Shown: in pieces, positions 11,538 through 25,469 of the stretch | Layout of the letters: each line of letters begins with the position of its first letter | How positions within the stretch are numbered: position 1 is the stretch's first letter | Assembly: GCA_000146045.2 (NCBI GenBank) | Contig: BK006936.2 | Location: forward strand, 192,001-256,000 | DNA from: TPA_inf: Saccharomyces | Taxonomy: Eukaryota | DNA length: 64,000 nt | Direction: 5' to 3' | Position numbers and translations under genes: made by a program | Notes under the pieces: generated by a model | The model's input: only the letters and a program-made list of their open reading frames with translations | Told to the model about the DNA's origin: nothing | Database searches by the model: none

Positions 11538-13817
11538 ATGCCTGCACCAAAACTCACGGAGAAATTTGCCTCTTCCAAGAGCACACAGAAAACTACGAAT
11601 TACAGTTCCATCGAGGCCAAAAGCGTCAAGACGTCGGCTGATCAGGCATACATCTACCAAGAGCCTAGCGCTACCAAGAAGATACTTTACTCCATCGCCA
11701 CATGGCTGTTGTACAACATCTTCCACTGCTTCTTTAGAGAAATCAGAGGCCGGGGCAGTTTCAAGGTACCGCAACAGGGACCGGTGATCTTTGTTGCGGC
11801 TCCGCATGCTAACCAGTTCGTCGACCCTGTAATCCTTATGGGCGAGGTGAAGAAATCTGTCAACAGACGTGTGTCCTTCTTGATTGCGGAGAGCTCATTA
11901 AAGCAACCCCCCATAGGGTTTTTGGCTAGTTTCTTCATGGCCATAGGCGTGGTAAGGCCGCAGGATAATTTGAAACCGGCAGAAGGTACTATCCGCGTAG
12001 ATCCAACAGACTACAAGAGAGTTATCGGCCACGACACGCATTTCTTGACTGATTGTATGCCAAAGGGTCTCATCGGGTTACCCAAATCAATGGGATTTGG
12101 AGAAATCCAGTCCATAGAAAGTGACACGAGTTTGACCCTAAGAAAAGAGTTCAAAATGGCCAAACCAGAGATTAAAACTGCTTTACTCACCGGCACTACT
12201 TATAAATATGCCGCTAAAGTCGACCAATCTTGCGTTTACCATAGAGTTTTTGAGCATTTGGCCCATAACAACTGCATTGGGATCTTTCCTGAAGGTGGGT
12301 CCCACGACAGAACAAACTTGTTGCCCCTGAAAGCAGGTGTGGCGATTATGGCTCTTGGTTGCATGGATAAGCATCCTGACGTCAATGTTAAGATTGTTCC
12401 CTGCGGTATGAATTATTTCCATCCACATAAGTTCAGGTCGAGAGCGGTTGTTGAATTCGGTGACCCCATTGAAATACCGAAGGAACTAGTCGCCAAGTAC
12501 CACAACCCGGAAACGAACAGAGATGCAGTGAAAGAATTATTAGATACCATATCGAAGGGTTTACAATCCGTTACCGTTACATGTTCTGATTATGAAACTT
12601 TGATGGTGGTTCAAACGATAAGAAGACTATATATGACACAATTTAGCACCAAGTTACCGTTGCCCTTGATTGTGGAAATGAACAGAAGAATGGTCAAAGG
12701 TTACGAATTCTATAGAAACGATCCTAAAATAGCGGACTTGACCAAAGATATAATGGCATATAATGCCGCCTTGAGACACTATAATCTTCCTGATCACCTT
12801 GTGGAGGAGGCAAAGGTAAATTTCGCAAAAAACCTCGGACTTGTTTTTTTTAGATCCATCGGGCTCTGCATCCTCTTTTCGTTAGCCATGCCAGGTATCA
12901 TTATGTTCTCACCTGTCTTCATATTAGCCAAGAGAATTTCTCAAGAAAAGGCCCGTACCGCTTTGTCCAAGTCTACAGTTAAAATAAAGGCTAACGATGT
13001 CATTGCCACGTGGAAAATCTTGATTGGGATGGGATTTGCGCCCTTGCTTTACATCTTTTGGTCCGTTTTAATCACTTATTACCTCAGACATAAACCATGG
13101 AATAAAATATATGTTTTTTCCGGGTCTTACATCTCGTGTGTTATAGTCACGTATTCCGCCTTAATCGTGGGTGATATTGGTATGGATGGTTTCAAATCTT
13201 TGAGACCACTGGTTTTATCTCTTACATCTCCAAAGGGCTTGCAAAAGCTACAAAAGGATCGTAGAAATCTGGCAGAAAGAATAATCGAAGTTGTAAATAA
13301 CTTTGGAAGCGAATTATTCCCCGATTTCGATAGTGCCGCCCTACGTGAAGAATTCGACGTCATCGATGAAGAGGAAGAAGATCGAAAAACCTCAGAATTG
13401 AATCGCAGGAAAATGCTAAGAAAACAGAAAATAAAAAGACAAGAAAAAGATTCGTCATCACCTATCATCAGCCAACGTGACAACCACGATGCCTATGAAC
13501 ACCATAACCAAGATTCCGATGGCGTCTCATTGGTCAATAGTGACAATTCCCTCTCTAACATTCCATTATTCTCTTCTACTTTTCATCGTAAGTCAGAGTC
13601 TTCCTTAGCTTCGACATCCGTTGCACCTTCTTCTTCCTCCGAATTTGAGGTAGAAAACGAAATCTTGGAGGAAAAAAATGGATTAGCAAGTAAAATCGCA
13701 CAGGCCGTCTTAAACAAGAGAATTGGTGAAAATACTGCCAGGGAAGAGGAAGAGGAAGAAGAAGAGGAAGAAGAAGAAGAGGAAGAAGAAGAAGAAGGGA
13801 AAGAAGGAGATGCGTAG
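11538..13817 (+). CDS. SCT1: Glycerol-3-phosphate/DHAP sn-1 acyltransferase (759 aa) with a C-terminal poly-Glu tail
   Basis: Acyltransferase H(X)4D motif (APHANQFVDP). Predicted transmembrane segments. The C-terminus has EEEEEEEEEEEEEEEEEGKEGDA. 759 aa, as for Sct1/Gat2. Confidence 0.9.
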   Translation: MPAPKLTEKFASSKSTQKTTNYSSIEAKSVKTSADQAYIYQEPSATKKILYSIATWLLYNIFHCFFREIRGRGSFKVPQQGPVIFVAAPHANQFVDPVILMGEVKKSVNRRVSFLIAESSLKQPPIGFLASFFMAIGVVRPQDNLKPAEGTIRVDPTDYKRVIGHDTHFLTDCMPKGLIGLPKSMGFGEIQSIESDTSLTLRKEFKMAKPEIKTALLTGTTYKYAAKVDQSCVYHRVFEHLAHNNCIGIFPEGGSHDRTNLLPLKAGVAIMALGCMDKHPDVNVKIVPCGMNYFHPHKFRSRAVVEFGDPIEIPKELVAKYHNPETNRDAVKELLDTISKGLQSVTVTCSDYETLMVVQTIRRLYMTQFSTKLPLPLIVEMNRRMVKGYEFYRNDPKIADLTKDIMAYNAALRHYNLPDHLVEEAKVNFAKNLGLVFFRSIGLCILFSLAMPGIIMFSPVFILAKRISQEKARTALSKSTVKIKANDVIATWKILIGMGFAPLLYIFWSVLITYYLRHKPWNKIYVFSGSYISCVIVTYSALIVGDIGMDGFKSLRPLVLSLTSPKGLQKLQKDRRNLAERIIEVVNNFGSELFPDFDSAALREEFDVIDEEEEDRKTSELNRRKMLRKQKIKRQEKDSSSPIISQRDNHDAYEHHNQDSDGVSLVNSDNSLSNIPLFSSTFHRKSESSLASTSVAPSSSSEFEVENEILEEKNGLASKIAQAVLNKRIGENTAREEEEEEEEEEEEEEEEEEGKEGDA
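13741..13800 (+). repeat. GAA/GAG trinucleotide microsatellite encoding the poly-Glu tract of SCT1
   Basis: gaggaagaggaagaagaagaggaagaagaagaagaggaagaagaagaagaaggg, read directly in the sequence. Confidence 0.9.
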
Positions 13818-14106
13818 ATGCCATTTACTGACGGTGAAGATACTAGAAACTAAATCTTTCGCCGTTCTATTTATGTAATAAACCCATTATTGCTCATTGG
13901 GAGTTGTAAATATTAATGCTCAATGTTTATGTATATCCCTCGCACAGGGGCTTTTTATTTCTTGAGGGGGGGACTAATTGTATAATTGTATGTTTTATAA
14001 AAAAGTATATTGCTCTTTTACGACTTTTGGTCTGGTCCCCTATGCTACTAATAACATTTTATTCTCTTCAAACTTCAACGTTCAACCTGCTTTGCCGAGA
14101 CGGCGA

Positions 14107-14949
14107 TTAGTATCCTACCCAACTGAACCTTTTCTTTTTGTTTCGCTTTTTGTTATACAATGCAATTTCGTCTCGCTGTAGTCTTTGGGTATGTCCTGTC
14201 AAATTCGTCACTACATTTTCAAAAGTTGTCTTATCCTTTAGGAGGTCTCGCTGTTGTTTCTTCAATGATCTTGATTTACTAACCAAAAAGTCAATGGATT
14301 GACACAATGTATCGTGGTATTGGCGTAAAGATTCTTCATCCATACTAGTAAAATCTGCCATAAGCAATTGCGGTATATGCTGCTCTTGCTCACGCTCCTC
14401 TTCCTTTTGAAGAGATTTTAAAGTCATTGGTGGTGTATAGTCAATTTTGAAATTATCCCTCAGGAAGAGACCAGTAGCCGTTTGCTCATTTTTCTCCACT
14501 GCATCGCATATCCTTTTGAACAACTCATCATTCAACGGTTCTTCCTCCCTCTTCGTACCAACACCCTCAGAGCCATTATTATCCGATAATCTCAAAATGT
14601 GGAGCAAGTTTCTGCGTATATGAGATTTATTCCATATGAATGGCTGTAACACAGGATCTAATTGTACGAGTTGTTCATAAATGACATGGGGTCGTTCATC
14701 TTCAATAAGTTTGCTCAGCTTGAAACAGTCATTCTTTATGGTTTCTTCTTCCAGGTCAAATTCTCCCTTTGGTAGTATCTTATTCAAGCAGTTATCTACT
14801 ACAGATTCGGAAGACGTCGTTAAAGTAGAATTCTGGTTATAGAGGTCATTTTCAACTGAGGCATCTGAAAAATTCCCAAAATCATCACTAGAATCACTTT
14901 CTGCATCTAATGCATTTGTGACAGGTTCTATCTGATCTCTATCGCTCAT
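14107..14949 (-). CDS. Uncharacterised acidic protein (280 aa), YBL010C
   Basis: 280-aa ORF between SCT1 and ALK2 with good codon continuity. N-terminus is acidic and Ser-rich. Its position corresponds to YBL010C. Confidence 0.7.
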   Translation of the reverse strand: MSDRDQIEPVTNALDAESDSSDDFGNFSDASVENDLYNQNSTLTTSSESVVDNCLNKILPKGEFDLEEETIKNDCFKLSKLIEDERPHVIYEQLVQLDPVLQPFIWNKSHIRRNLLHILRLSDNNGSEGVGTKREEEPLNDELFKRICDAVEKNEQTATGLFLRDNFKIDYTPPMTLKSLQKEEEREQEQHIPQLLMADFTSMDEESLRQYHDTLCQSIDFLVSKSRSLKKQQRDLLKDKTTFENVVTNLTGHTQRLQRDEIALYNKKRNKKKRFSWVGY

Positions 14950-15193
14950 TTGCTTGCTTTGAAAGAGGTGCCTTTTTCTATCTTGCTACACCTTAAATTC
15001 TCGTTTGTGATACGCCTAACGTTTTTTTTTTTTTTCAGTTTTGATAGCAATTCGCGAAACTTTTTGTAACATCTTCTCTTCTCGAAAAGCGAAAATAGTA
15101 AACAATAACTTAAAGCGTATTGGTATTAATATATTTAGTTGTAGTAAAATCATTTCACCAAACACACATACATGCGCTATTTGTATTGAGAAA

Positions 15194-17224
15194 ATGAATT
15201 TTGATGCGGTAGCAGATCAACAGATGACTGACAGAAGGTATTTTGCTCTCGAAGTAGCAGAAAGCGATGATGCCGACAGCTCATTAAATTCTTCATCCAT
15301 GGGAAGCCCCGCAGTGGATGTAGGAAGAAAAGTTTACAAAATCACTTCGCACAAGGGTTCAGCAGAAGATGAGAGTCAATCCTTTTTTACTTCTTCAGAT
15401 TCTCCAACATCCAAAACAAGGCCTGTAGGTAAAACCATCGAAAACGATGATTACTATGGTAAAAGATCTTCTACAGGTTCATCGCTCAAACAACTCTTCA
15501 ATAAAATTAATATTAATGATACCGCTCACTCTTCAAACAAAGAAAATGTATCTCAGTCGGTGCTATCGGAAAACAAGCTGCTCTCTCCATCTAAAAGGTT
15601 GTCGAAGCAAGGTCTTACAAAGGTGACTAACTCCAAGTTTCGTACACCCTTGAGACCTATTTCAAACCAATCGACTTTATCAAGGGATGAGCCTGTTAAA
15701 GATTTTAGATCACTTAAGTTTCGGAGCGGTAGTGATTTCAAATGCTGGGGTGACGAGAAGACAAGTTCTCATGTTCATTCATCCAGTGTGAACTCAGTTA
15801 ATTCCTTTACTTCTACCACCTCTTCTTCAAAGTGGAAGTTCTGGAAAAATGATAACCTATTGTCGAGGTCGCTATCTTCCAGATCTGTGAATGACCAAGA
15901 TCCGAACTTTGTTCAGCCAAAACCAACCAATTCGTTACAAAAGAAGTCTTCAATTTCAAGTTTTCACAATTCTATTTTTGGTGGTGGCAAACACACAGAG
16001 AAGAAGAGGAATTCTGGATTTATTATGCCCGATCATCAGAGCACGAAGGAGCTAAACCACAAACATTCATCATCGAACCTTTCCTTTAGAAGTTTGAAGC
16101 ATAAAACATCACATTCTTCACTAAATAAGCTCAAAGTAAGGCGTAAAGGAAATACACAAGAACTGAATCATCCGATCAAAAAAACTTGCCAAATATCATT
16201 GCCTGTTCCAGACCAAGTCTCAAAGGACAAGATTCAACTGAAATTGAAAAATTCAACATCATTGGCATCCTTATCTTCAGAAGTCACTCCCATAAACACT
16301 TTGGACTACAATGATTCAATTTTGCAACAAATATTACAACTTTGTGATGTTAAGTATATATTACATGATCTACGTGAAGCTCAGTCATTAGGCTTGTTTA
16401 CGTTGAATACTAGATCGGTTCAGCTGTCTCATAACTTTTGGCAAACTTATCATAGCGATATGCAAACTTCACTCATTTGCAAGAAAGTATGTCTAGGGGC
16501 TCTAAGTGATTTGACTACTTCAAACTTGATATCCTTACATGAATTGAAATCATTACGGTTAATACAAGGAACTAGCGGTGTCGCCAATTTACTGCAAGCT
16601 TATGTTGTGCCCTCAAATCAATGTGAAAATGACCAAAACTTGATACTGTACTTATTTTTCAAATACCAGGGAACTCCTCTATCAAGGTGCTCTAACATTG
16701 ATTACTCTCAAGCATTGTCTATTTTCTGGCAGTGCAGCAGTATTTTATATGTTGCTGAATCCAAATTTCAGCTCGAACACAGGAATCTAACTTTGGACCA
16801 TATTTTGATAGACTCTAAAGGGAATGTTACTTTAATTGATATGAAGTGCTGTCGTTTCTTGAATATAGACAACAATAAGGCTTCCTATACAAGATTAGAC
16901 CATCATTATTTCTTCCAAGGCCGGGGGACTCTTCAATTCGAGATATATGAACTGATGAGAAGCATGCTGCCTCAGCCAATATCCTGGGCTACATTTGAAC
17001 CAAGAACAAACCTATTATGGTTATATCACCTAAGTAGCAGCCTGCTAAAAATGGCCAAAAAAGCCGTAGTCAGCGGCGCTTTGAACCGGGAAGAAAATAT
17101 CTTAATCGAGTTGACGCACTTACTCGATCCTGCTCGAAAACATTCCAAAACAATTTTCAAAAAGGAACTTGTTATAAGAACTTGCGGTGATTTGTTATCT
17201 TTGAAGGGAGAAATAATGCAGTAA
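15194..17224 (+). CDS. ALK2: Haspin-family protein kinase Alk2 (676 aa)
   Basis: The first ATG at 15194 gives 676 aa, starting MNFDAVADQQMTDRRYFALEV. The N-terminal half is Ser-rich and low-complexity. The C-terminal part is an atypical haspin-like kinase domain. The track ORF start at 15041 is an upstream extension. Confidence 0.8.
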   Translation: MNFDAVADQQMTDRRYFALEVAESDDADSSLNSSSMGSPAVDVGRKVYKITSHKGSAEDESQSFFTSSDSPTSKTRPVGKTIENDDYYGKRSSTGSSLKQLFNKININDTAHSSNKENVSQSVLSENKLLSPSKRLSKQGLTKVTNSKFRTPLRPISNQSTLSRDEPVKDFRSLKFRSGSDFKCWGDEKTSSHVHSSSVNSVNSFTSTTSSSKWKFWKNDNLLSRSLSSRSVNDQDPNFVQPKPTNSLQKKSSISSFHNSIFGGGKHTEKKRNSGFIMPDHQSTKELNHKHSSSNLSFRSLKHKTSHSSLNKLKVRRKGNTQELNHPIKKTCQISLPVPDQVSKDKIQLKLKNSTSLASLSSEVTPINTLDYNDSILQQILQLCDVKYILHDLREAQSLGLFTLNTRSVQLSHNFWQTYHSDMQTSLICKKVCLGALSDLTTSNLISLHELKSLRLIQGTSGVANLLQAYVVPSNQCENDQNLILYLFFKYQGTPLSRCSNIDYSQALSIFWQCSSILYVAESKFQLEHRNLTLDHILIDSKGNVTLIDMKCCRFLNIDNNKASYTRLDHHYFFQGRGTLQFEIYELMRSMLPQPISWATFEPRTNLLWLYHLSSSLLKMAKKAVVSGALNREENILIELTHLLDPARKHSKTIFKKELVIRTCGDLLSLKGEIMQ

Positions 17225-17408
17225 AGACATCGTAGTAATAAGGTGCAAGCTTTTGTATCCTTCTTAATGATTTGTAAGCAAAAAAAAATTACGTACATCA
17301 ATTTGTAATGGAAAGGAAATAAATAGTATAATATGAACACTCTTTCTGAGAACAGTTATCTTTAGCTTGCCCCACAAACTGAAAGCACATTTTTAAAATG
17401 TTTTACAG

Positions 17409-20175
<2,767 letters not shown>

Positions 20176-20631
20176 TAAGCTTATACCCCTTCCTTTGGAC
20201 AAGTTTTTTCCCTCATAATTACGTCTATATTTTATAAATATCATTGTAGTATTCGCATTGTTTAAGTGGTTACCATTTGAAACGACTCATACAGACAAGC
20301 GGTTACAGATGAAGCTTTCTGAAGGCACAGATCAGAAGTATTTTAATGTCGGTTGTCTATTAGTGGAACCAAAGTGACTACACACCTCCTCTGTCTGGAA
20401 GAAATAAATTCTTAGGGTCGACTCCACCATTTCAACTTTAGTATAATATGACAATAAAACATTATTGGGACTGAGAACGATTATATTAAAATTAGTAAAA
20501 TACATACATAACTACTTATAAAAAAAAAAAGAGAAATTTGCCATTTTCACGAGTATAAGCACAGATTGTACGAAACTATTTCATATAGCTTGTTTTAGTT
20601 ATTATCCTATAAAATCTTAAAATACATTAAT

Positions 20632-23600
20632 CTAGAATCCAAACGGATTTGATGCAGTAGCATTGAATATGTTGGCTTGCCTTGATTGTTGAGGTCCATT
20701 ACCAAACCCAAATCCAGTAGGTTGGTTCTGTAATGCTTGTTGTTGTGGTTGTTGCATAGCACCCCCAGTGTTAAAAGTGTTCATCATCTGTGGTTGTTGC
20801 ATAATTCCATCGGTGTTGAATGTGTTCATCATCTGTGGTTGTTGCATAGCACCACCAGTATTGAAAGTAGTCATCATTTGGAGCTCTTGCATAACACCAC
20901 CAGTATTGAAGGTATTCATCGTTTGTGGTTGCTGTTGTTGAAGAACGCCCCCTGTACTTAAAGTATTCATGGCTCCACCAGTGAACTGGTTCTGGTTTAA
21001 TGGCGCAATACCTCCGGTTTTTTGTAAAGTCAAACCGAATTGGGATTGCGGCCGGAACCCGCCAGTGTTTTGAGCTTGAGAGCTGAACGAAGTCTGGGGA
21101 ATCATGGCGCCTCCAGTATTAAATGTATTCAAAGCACCACCAGTTCTCTGCAAAGGCATCATTGCTCCCCCTGTAACTTGTGGTAAAGCATTGAAGGACG
21201 TTTGAGGCATCATTGCTCCTCCAGTAATTTGTGGTACAGCATTGAAGGATGTTTGAGGCATCATGGCACTCCCTGTATTTTGAGGTTGGGTCATCATTGC
21301 ACCACCTGTTAATTGCTGTGAAACGCCAAATGATGTTTGTGGAATCATAGTGCCGCCTGTTCTTTGTACAGTTGGCATTGAGACACCAGTATTAGCTGAA
21401 ATTAATCCATTAGCAGTTTTTTGGACAGGTAATATTGAACCTGTTGGAAGTTGTTGTTGCCCCTGAACATTGAATGAAGTTTGCGGGAATTGCGCACCTC
21501 CTGTGGTGGCAATTGGTATTAGGCCACCTCCAGTTTTTTGCAGAGGTAAGACGGTAGCTGCTGCGCCGAACGTAGTTTGTGGCATCATTGCGCCGCCAGT
21601 GTTAGAGATAGGAATTAACCCATTTCCTGTCTTTTGAACAGGTAGGATACCACCAGTAACTTGCGATTGCATACCAAAAGTTGTTTGTGGTACAACGAAG
21701 CCGCCGGTTCTTTGCATAGGCAGCATATCGCCCCCAGTAATCATTGGCATCATCACAAAGCCAGTAGATAAGGGTAAGATATTGTTGCCACCGGTTTTGA
21801 ATGGATCCAATGGAGCGGGAGCAGATGAAACCGGAGCAGATGAAACCGGAGCAGCAGGAACAGTGGTGCCGCCAGTTTTCACGGGTTCCAAATCTTTTAG
21901 GTTTGGTTCAGGTGTCGAGGCAGCTGCCTTTTTAGGTTCTAAAGGTTGCAAGTCTAATAAATCCTGCATGGAACCAGTAAATTCTGATTTCTTAGAGAGT
22001 AAATTAGATTCAGACTTAGAAGCCGGTTTAACAGTCCAAGCATCATCTGTCTCAGCTGATGTGGAAGGAGCTGTTTGAGCAGGACTTGTTGTTTGTGGCA
22101 ACAATTGCTGAGGCAGTGAGGTTTCCGGACTTGTAGCAACGTTCAATGAACCATCAGGTTGTGAAAACATATTTCCAGTGGCATTTGTAGGAATTGATGC
22201 AATATTTTCTCTTCCAAATTTCTTGTCAAGATGTTTCATTACTCTAACAATATCACCTTCGCGCAGACCCAAGGTTCTTAACATTGAGTTATTGATGTCA
22301 GGCATCATGTCTTCAGTAAGCTGTTCTCTATCAAAATTTATTGTATATCTTTGACAATTGCTTACATCAACGCCGCAATTCAAGAAAAATTCGAACCAAT
22401 CATATTTGTTACTGGAGTTGTTGTTATTGCTGCTTTCGGCTGGTGGTACGGACGTCGTATTTGGAACGGAGGTAGTAGAGGTTGGTCTTGGTGGTTTTAT
22501 TGGAGGCAATTCCTTTTCTTGCAACCTTGATCTTTCTTCATCTAGGAGTTCTCTGGCTTTTTTCAATTCGTATAATTCACGCTCTTTCAATCTCCTATCG
22601 CGTTCTTTTTCCTCCTGCTCCTTCAATCTCCTTCTTCTTTCTCTTTCAGAGTCTCTTGAATCAGTGCCACGGGAACTAGACCCATCATTCGCCTTAAATT
22701 TCTCTAAGGAGAACCCAGTAATTTTTTCCACATACGCTAAATCTTCATTGGATAGTTTATCAGCGGCGACAGCAATCTTGACACCATTAGCCTTGTGCAA
22801 GTGGATTTTCCCCTTAGCACATCCAATGAATTCTGCATCCACTTTGAAAGTACCACTTCTATCAACCCATAGACGCGATTTTTTTGGATTGGGGAAATCT
22901 TTGGTCGCCGAAGAGTTTTTTTTGTGAGAGGACAATGAACTTTTTCTTGACCTTTTACCGGCAGCACTACCTACAACATCGTTTTGTAGTTCATCATCTT
23001 TCCAACTGGCATTGGCATTGGATTTAGATCTTGATCTAGATCTCGACCTAGATGGAGATTTGGTGAAGTTTTTCTTGATAGACTTGATGATACCGCTTGC
23101 TGTAGATTCAGTATGTTTTTTGTCACGAACAGGCTCAATAAACTGTGCAGGAACGAGACCGCTTTTCCCTGAATCAACCAGTTGGCACATCCACCAGTCC
23201 TTAGATTTTTTATCATCTAAAATGTAGACTTTATCGCCTGATTTTATGGTTAATTCGTCCTGTGATTCAGCCATGAAGTCATATTGAACAATACCTCTCT
23301 TTTTGGATTTGGAAGCCATTTCGACTTCTCTCAACCCAGGATCACGGGAAGCACCTTTATATTCACCAATAATGTTCATGATCTCTTCACATGTGGTGGT
23401 ATTACCAGTGTGTAATTCAAGGCTTCTATATGGATCAACAAATTCCAAGAACATGTGTTTCTTTTCGTTATCATAAGAGACCAATTTATCAATTGACCAC
23501 TCATGAGGAGTCCCCTTTTGGGGTATGAAGTTTATCTTGTTGTTACCGATTGATAGCTTGGCCTTCTTCTTTTTCCTTCCCTCGATTTCGGTAACGTTCC

Positions 23601-24366
23601 AAGAGTGATACTCTGTATTGTATTCGTGATTTCCAACGTTGTTGCTGTTGCTGTTGTAATAGTAATCATCCTCTTCATCGTCATTATCGTTATCGCTGTA
23701 TGATAGTCTTGTACGAGATCGAACAGCCGCAGCGGTGGCATCAGTAGTTTCGGTAGTAGCCGTTGGTCTTGCAGGCATGGCAGGAGGAGGGCCCTCTTCA
23801 TCCTCATCTGGAGCTTGGTCTTCTTTACTTTGCATCATACGAGCTCTATCATTGTGTTGAGGAGGTGGTAAAAAGTTGGTGGGTAGTACGGCAGCAGAAG
23901 CAGGAGCGGCTGCAGGAGTAGCTGCAGGAGCTTCAGCGGCAGCGGGAGCCTGTTCCTGCTTGGAAGTGGACCCATTCTCTGGTTCGACGTAATTGCCTGG
24001 AATGAAGCCGAATTCATTGGAAACGGTAGACTTAACCAACAGCCAATCAGCATCTTTATCATCGAATACATCAAAAACGTCATTTTCATGAAACGTCAAT
24101 TCTTCATCAGCATTTTGCACCTGTTCATAATCATAAATGGCTCTTACCTTCTTCAAAACAGGAGCTTCTTCAATGTAAGTGGAGGGCACTAGACCCACCG
24201 GTTCTTCGCTATCGGAACCAATGACTCTTTTCTTTACTGTCCACCAATCGTCAATGTCTGACTTCTGTAAGAGGTACAACAGATCGTCTTCTTGGATGGC
24301 CAGTTCTTCTGGTGTCTGCGGCTCATAGGCATAGACGGCCCTATAGATGCCCAGAAACACAGTCAT
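20632..24366 (-). CDS. SLA1: Actin-cytoskeleton/endocytosis adaptor Sla1 (1244 aa) with N-terminal SH3 domains and a C-terminal degenerate repeat array
   Basis: Starts [47 protein letters not shown] (SH3). Two further SH3-like segments follow. The C-terminal ~400 aa consists of [11 protein letters not shown] / LQKTGGG-type repeats. Confidence 0.93.
20650..21850 (-). repeat. Imperfect tandem coding repeats (~30-36 nt units) encoding the Sla1 C-terminal LxxQxTG-type repeats
   Basis: On the plus strand, units such as ggtgctatgcaacaaccacagatgatgaacac and ccaccagtattgaa recur many times. The antisense track ORF 20737..20961 is also repetitive. Confidence 0.8.
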
Positions 24367-24586
24367 ACTCTAGCTCTTTTGTATATAACACACTCTGTCG
24401 CCTTGGCTATGTTACACTATCCCTTCTTTTAGGATTGCAATAGATATACATAGTATATATGCGCTAAATATTCGTTCTGTTTTCGTCTGATGTATCTCGA
24501 TTTCGCATGAGTGGAAGGAAGCCCCTTTTAGGAATCGTATAGTCACTTTCTACGAAGCAACATTCTACCTCTATCAATTACATGGT

Positions 24587-25129
24587 TTAATCTACGCAGG
24601 CATGTTCTCTAAGTTGAGACCGCCTATGGGAACCTATAAATCGTGATTGACACCGTTTGCATATTATCACTTTTCTTTTCCTTTTAGCCTCGCTATTCCT
24701 GGGGCTCTCTATGTGTGATTGGAAGGGTAGAGACAATTGTCCTGCGCCGGCAAGAAAAACATCGTGTGTCTCTAGAGCAGCTTTGCATTCTAATGTGCGG
24801 TGGAAATGGTGCGAAAAGTCGACACTTGACAGGGCTTCCAACTGCTGGCGTGGCACATAACTGCCCAGCAGTGAATGGCCTACTTCATACTCCACCTGTG
24901 CCGCATCGGCGAGCGACACTTTACCGCCTAGGTAACCATGTACAGCTACTCTTTTGGGCTTGGATACCTTCGCTTTACTATTCTCACTGCCCTCTATGCC
25001 CTTGTCGGTAGCATGAGATTGTTGCGTAAGCTGTTGAAGCTCAGTCGCACTGAACACTACCTGGGATGACTTTTCCAGCGCTGAAAGCCCTGCGAGTACG
25101 TCATAGTATCCCATATTACTTCCACTCAT
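24587..25129 (-). CDS. LDB7: RSC chromatin-remodelling complex component Ldb7 (180 aa)
   Basis: 180-aa ORF starting MSGSNMGYYDVLAGLSALEKSSQVVFSATELQQL. Size and position (YBL006C) match Ldb7. Confidence 0.75.
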   Translation of the reverse strand: MSGSNMGYYDVLAGLSALEKSSQVVFSATELQQLTQQSHATDKGIEGSENSKAKVSKPKRVAVHGYLGGKVSLADAAQVEYEVGHSLLGSYVPRQQLEALSSVDFSHHFHRTLECKAALETHDVFLAGAGQLSLPFQSHIESPRNSEAKRKRKVIICKRCQSRFIGSHRRSQLREHACVD

Positions 25130-25245
25130 TCTCAGCTATTCCTTGTTAACACCGTGCTCTGCTGCTTTCAGGTAAAGCCATTATTTCCACGACAACTGCA
25201 TTTCACTTTTCATTTTCTTCCAGAACAACAGGCGCTGCCCTTGTT

Positions 25246-25286
25246 TCCGCGGAGCTGCCTCCTCTGCCGCTCGGACTTTCCGCGGA
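25246..25286. promoter_or_regulatory. Two perfect PDREs (TCCGCGGA) at 25246..25253 and 25279..25286 in the PDR3 promoter, the known autoregulatory sites
   Basis: Exact palindromic TCCGCGGA octamers read in the sequence ~200 bp upstream of the PDR3 ATG. The Pdr1/Pdr3 response element consensus is TCCGYGGA. Confidence 0.8.
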
Positions 25287-25469
25287 ATAATAAATGAACT
25301 ATCACAGTGAGTCTTAGAATGCAAATATGTAGATACTGTTATAGAATCTCATTAATGTATTTATGTATTTCCTGTGTTTGTGTCTTCAGGAGCCTTCCAA
25401 AGCAACCATAGGTCTTAGGCGACAACTGCATCAGCAGTTTTATTAATTTTTTCTTATTGCGTGACCGCA

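Noticed and set aside
11406-11807. 133-aa minus-strand ORF overlapping the SCT1 start (position of dubious ORF YBL012C)
   Set aside because: It overlaps the 5' end of a well-supported gene on the opposite strand, has no recognisable features, and is most likely not expressed as a protein.
13576-13824. 82-aa poly-Leu ORF on the minus strand
   Set aside because: An artefact of reading the SCT1 GAA/GAG microsatellite on the opposite strand (CTT/CTC = Leu).
22358-23227. Plus-strand ORFs (189, 65, 71 aa) inside SLA1, including a (Leu-Asp)n peptide at 23012..23227
   Set aside because: Antisense to SLA1. The LD repeat is the complement of the SLA1 Ser-Arg (SRSRSR) coding repeat.
25461-25469. N-terminal extensions produced by non-ATG starts in the ORF track (PDR3 at 25461 GTG, COQ1 at 50773 GTG, ALK2 at 15041)
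   Set aside because: Yeast nuclear genes initiate at AUG. I used the first in-frame ATG (25470, 50809, 15194), which also reproduces the expected protein lengths.
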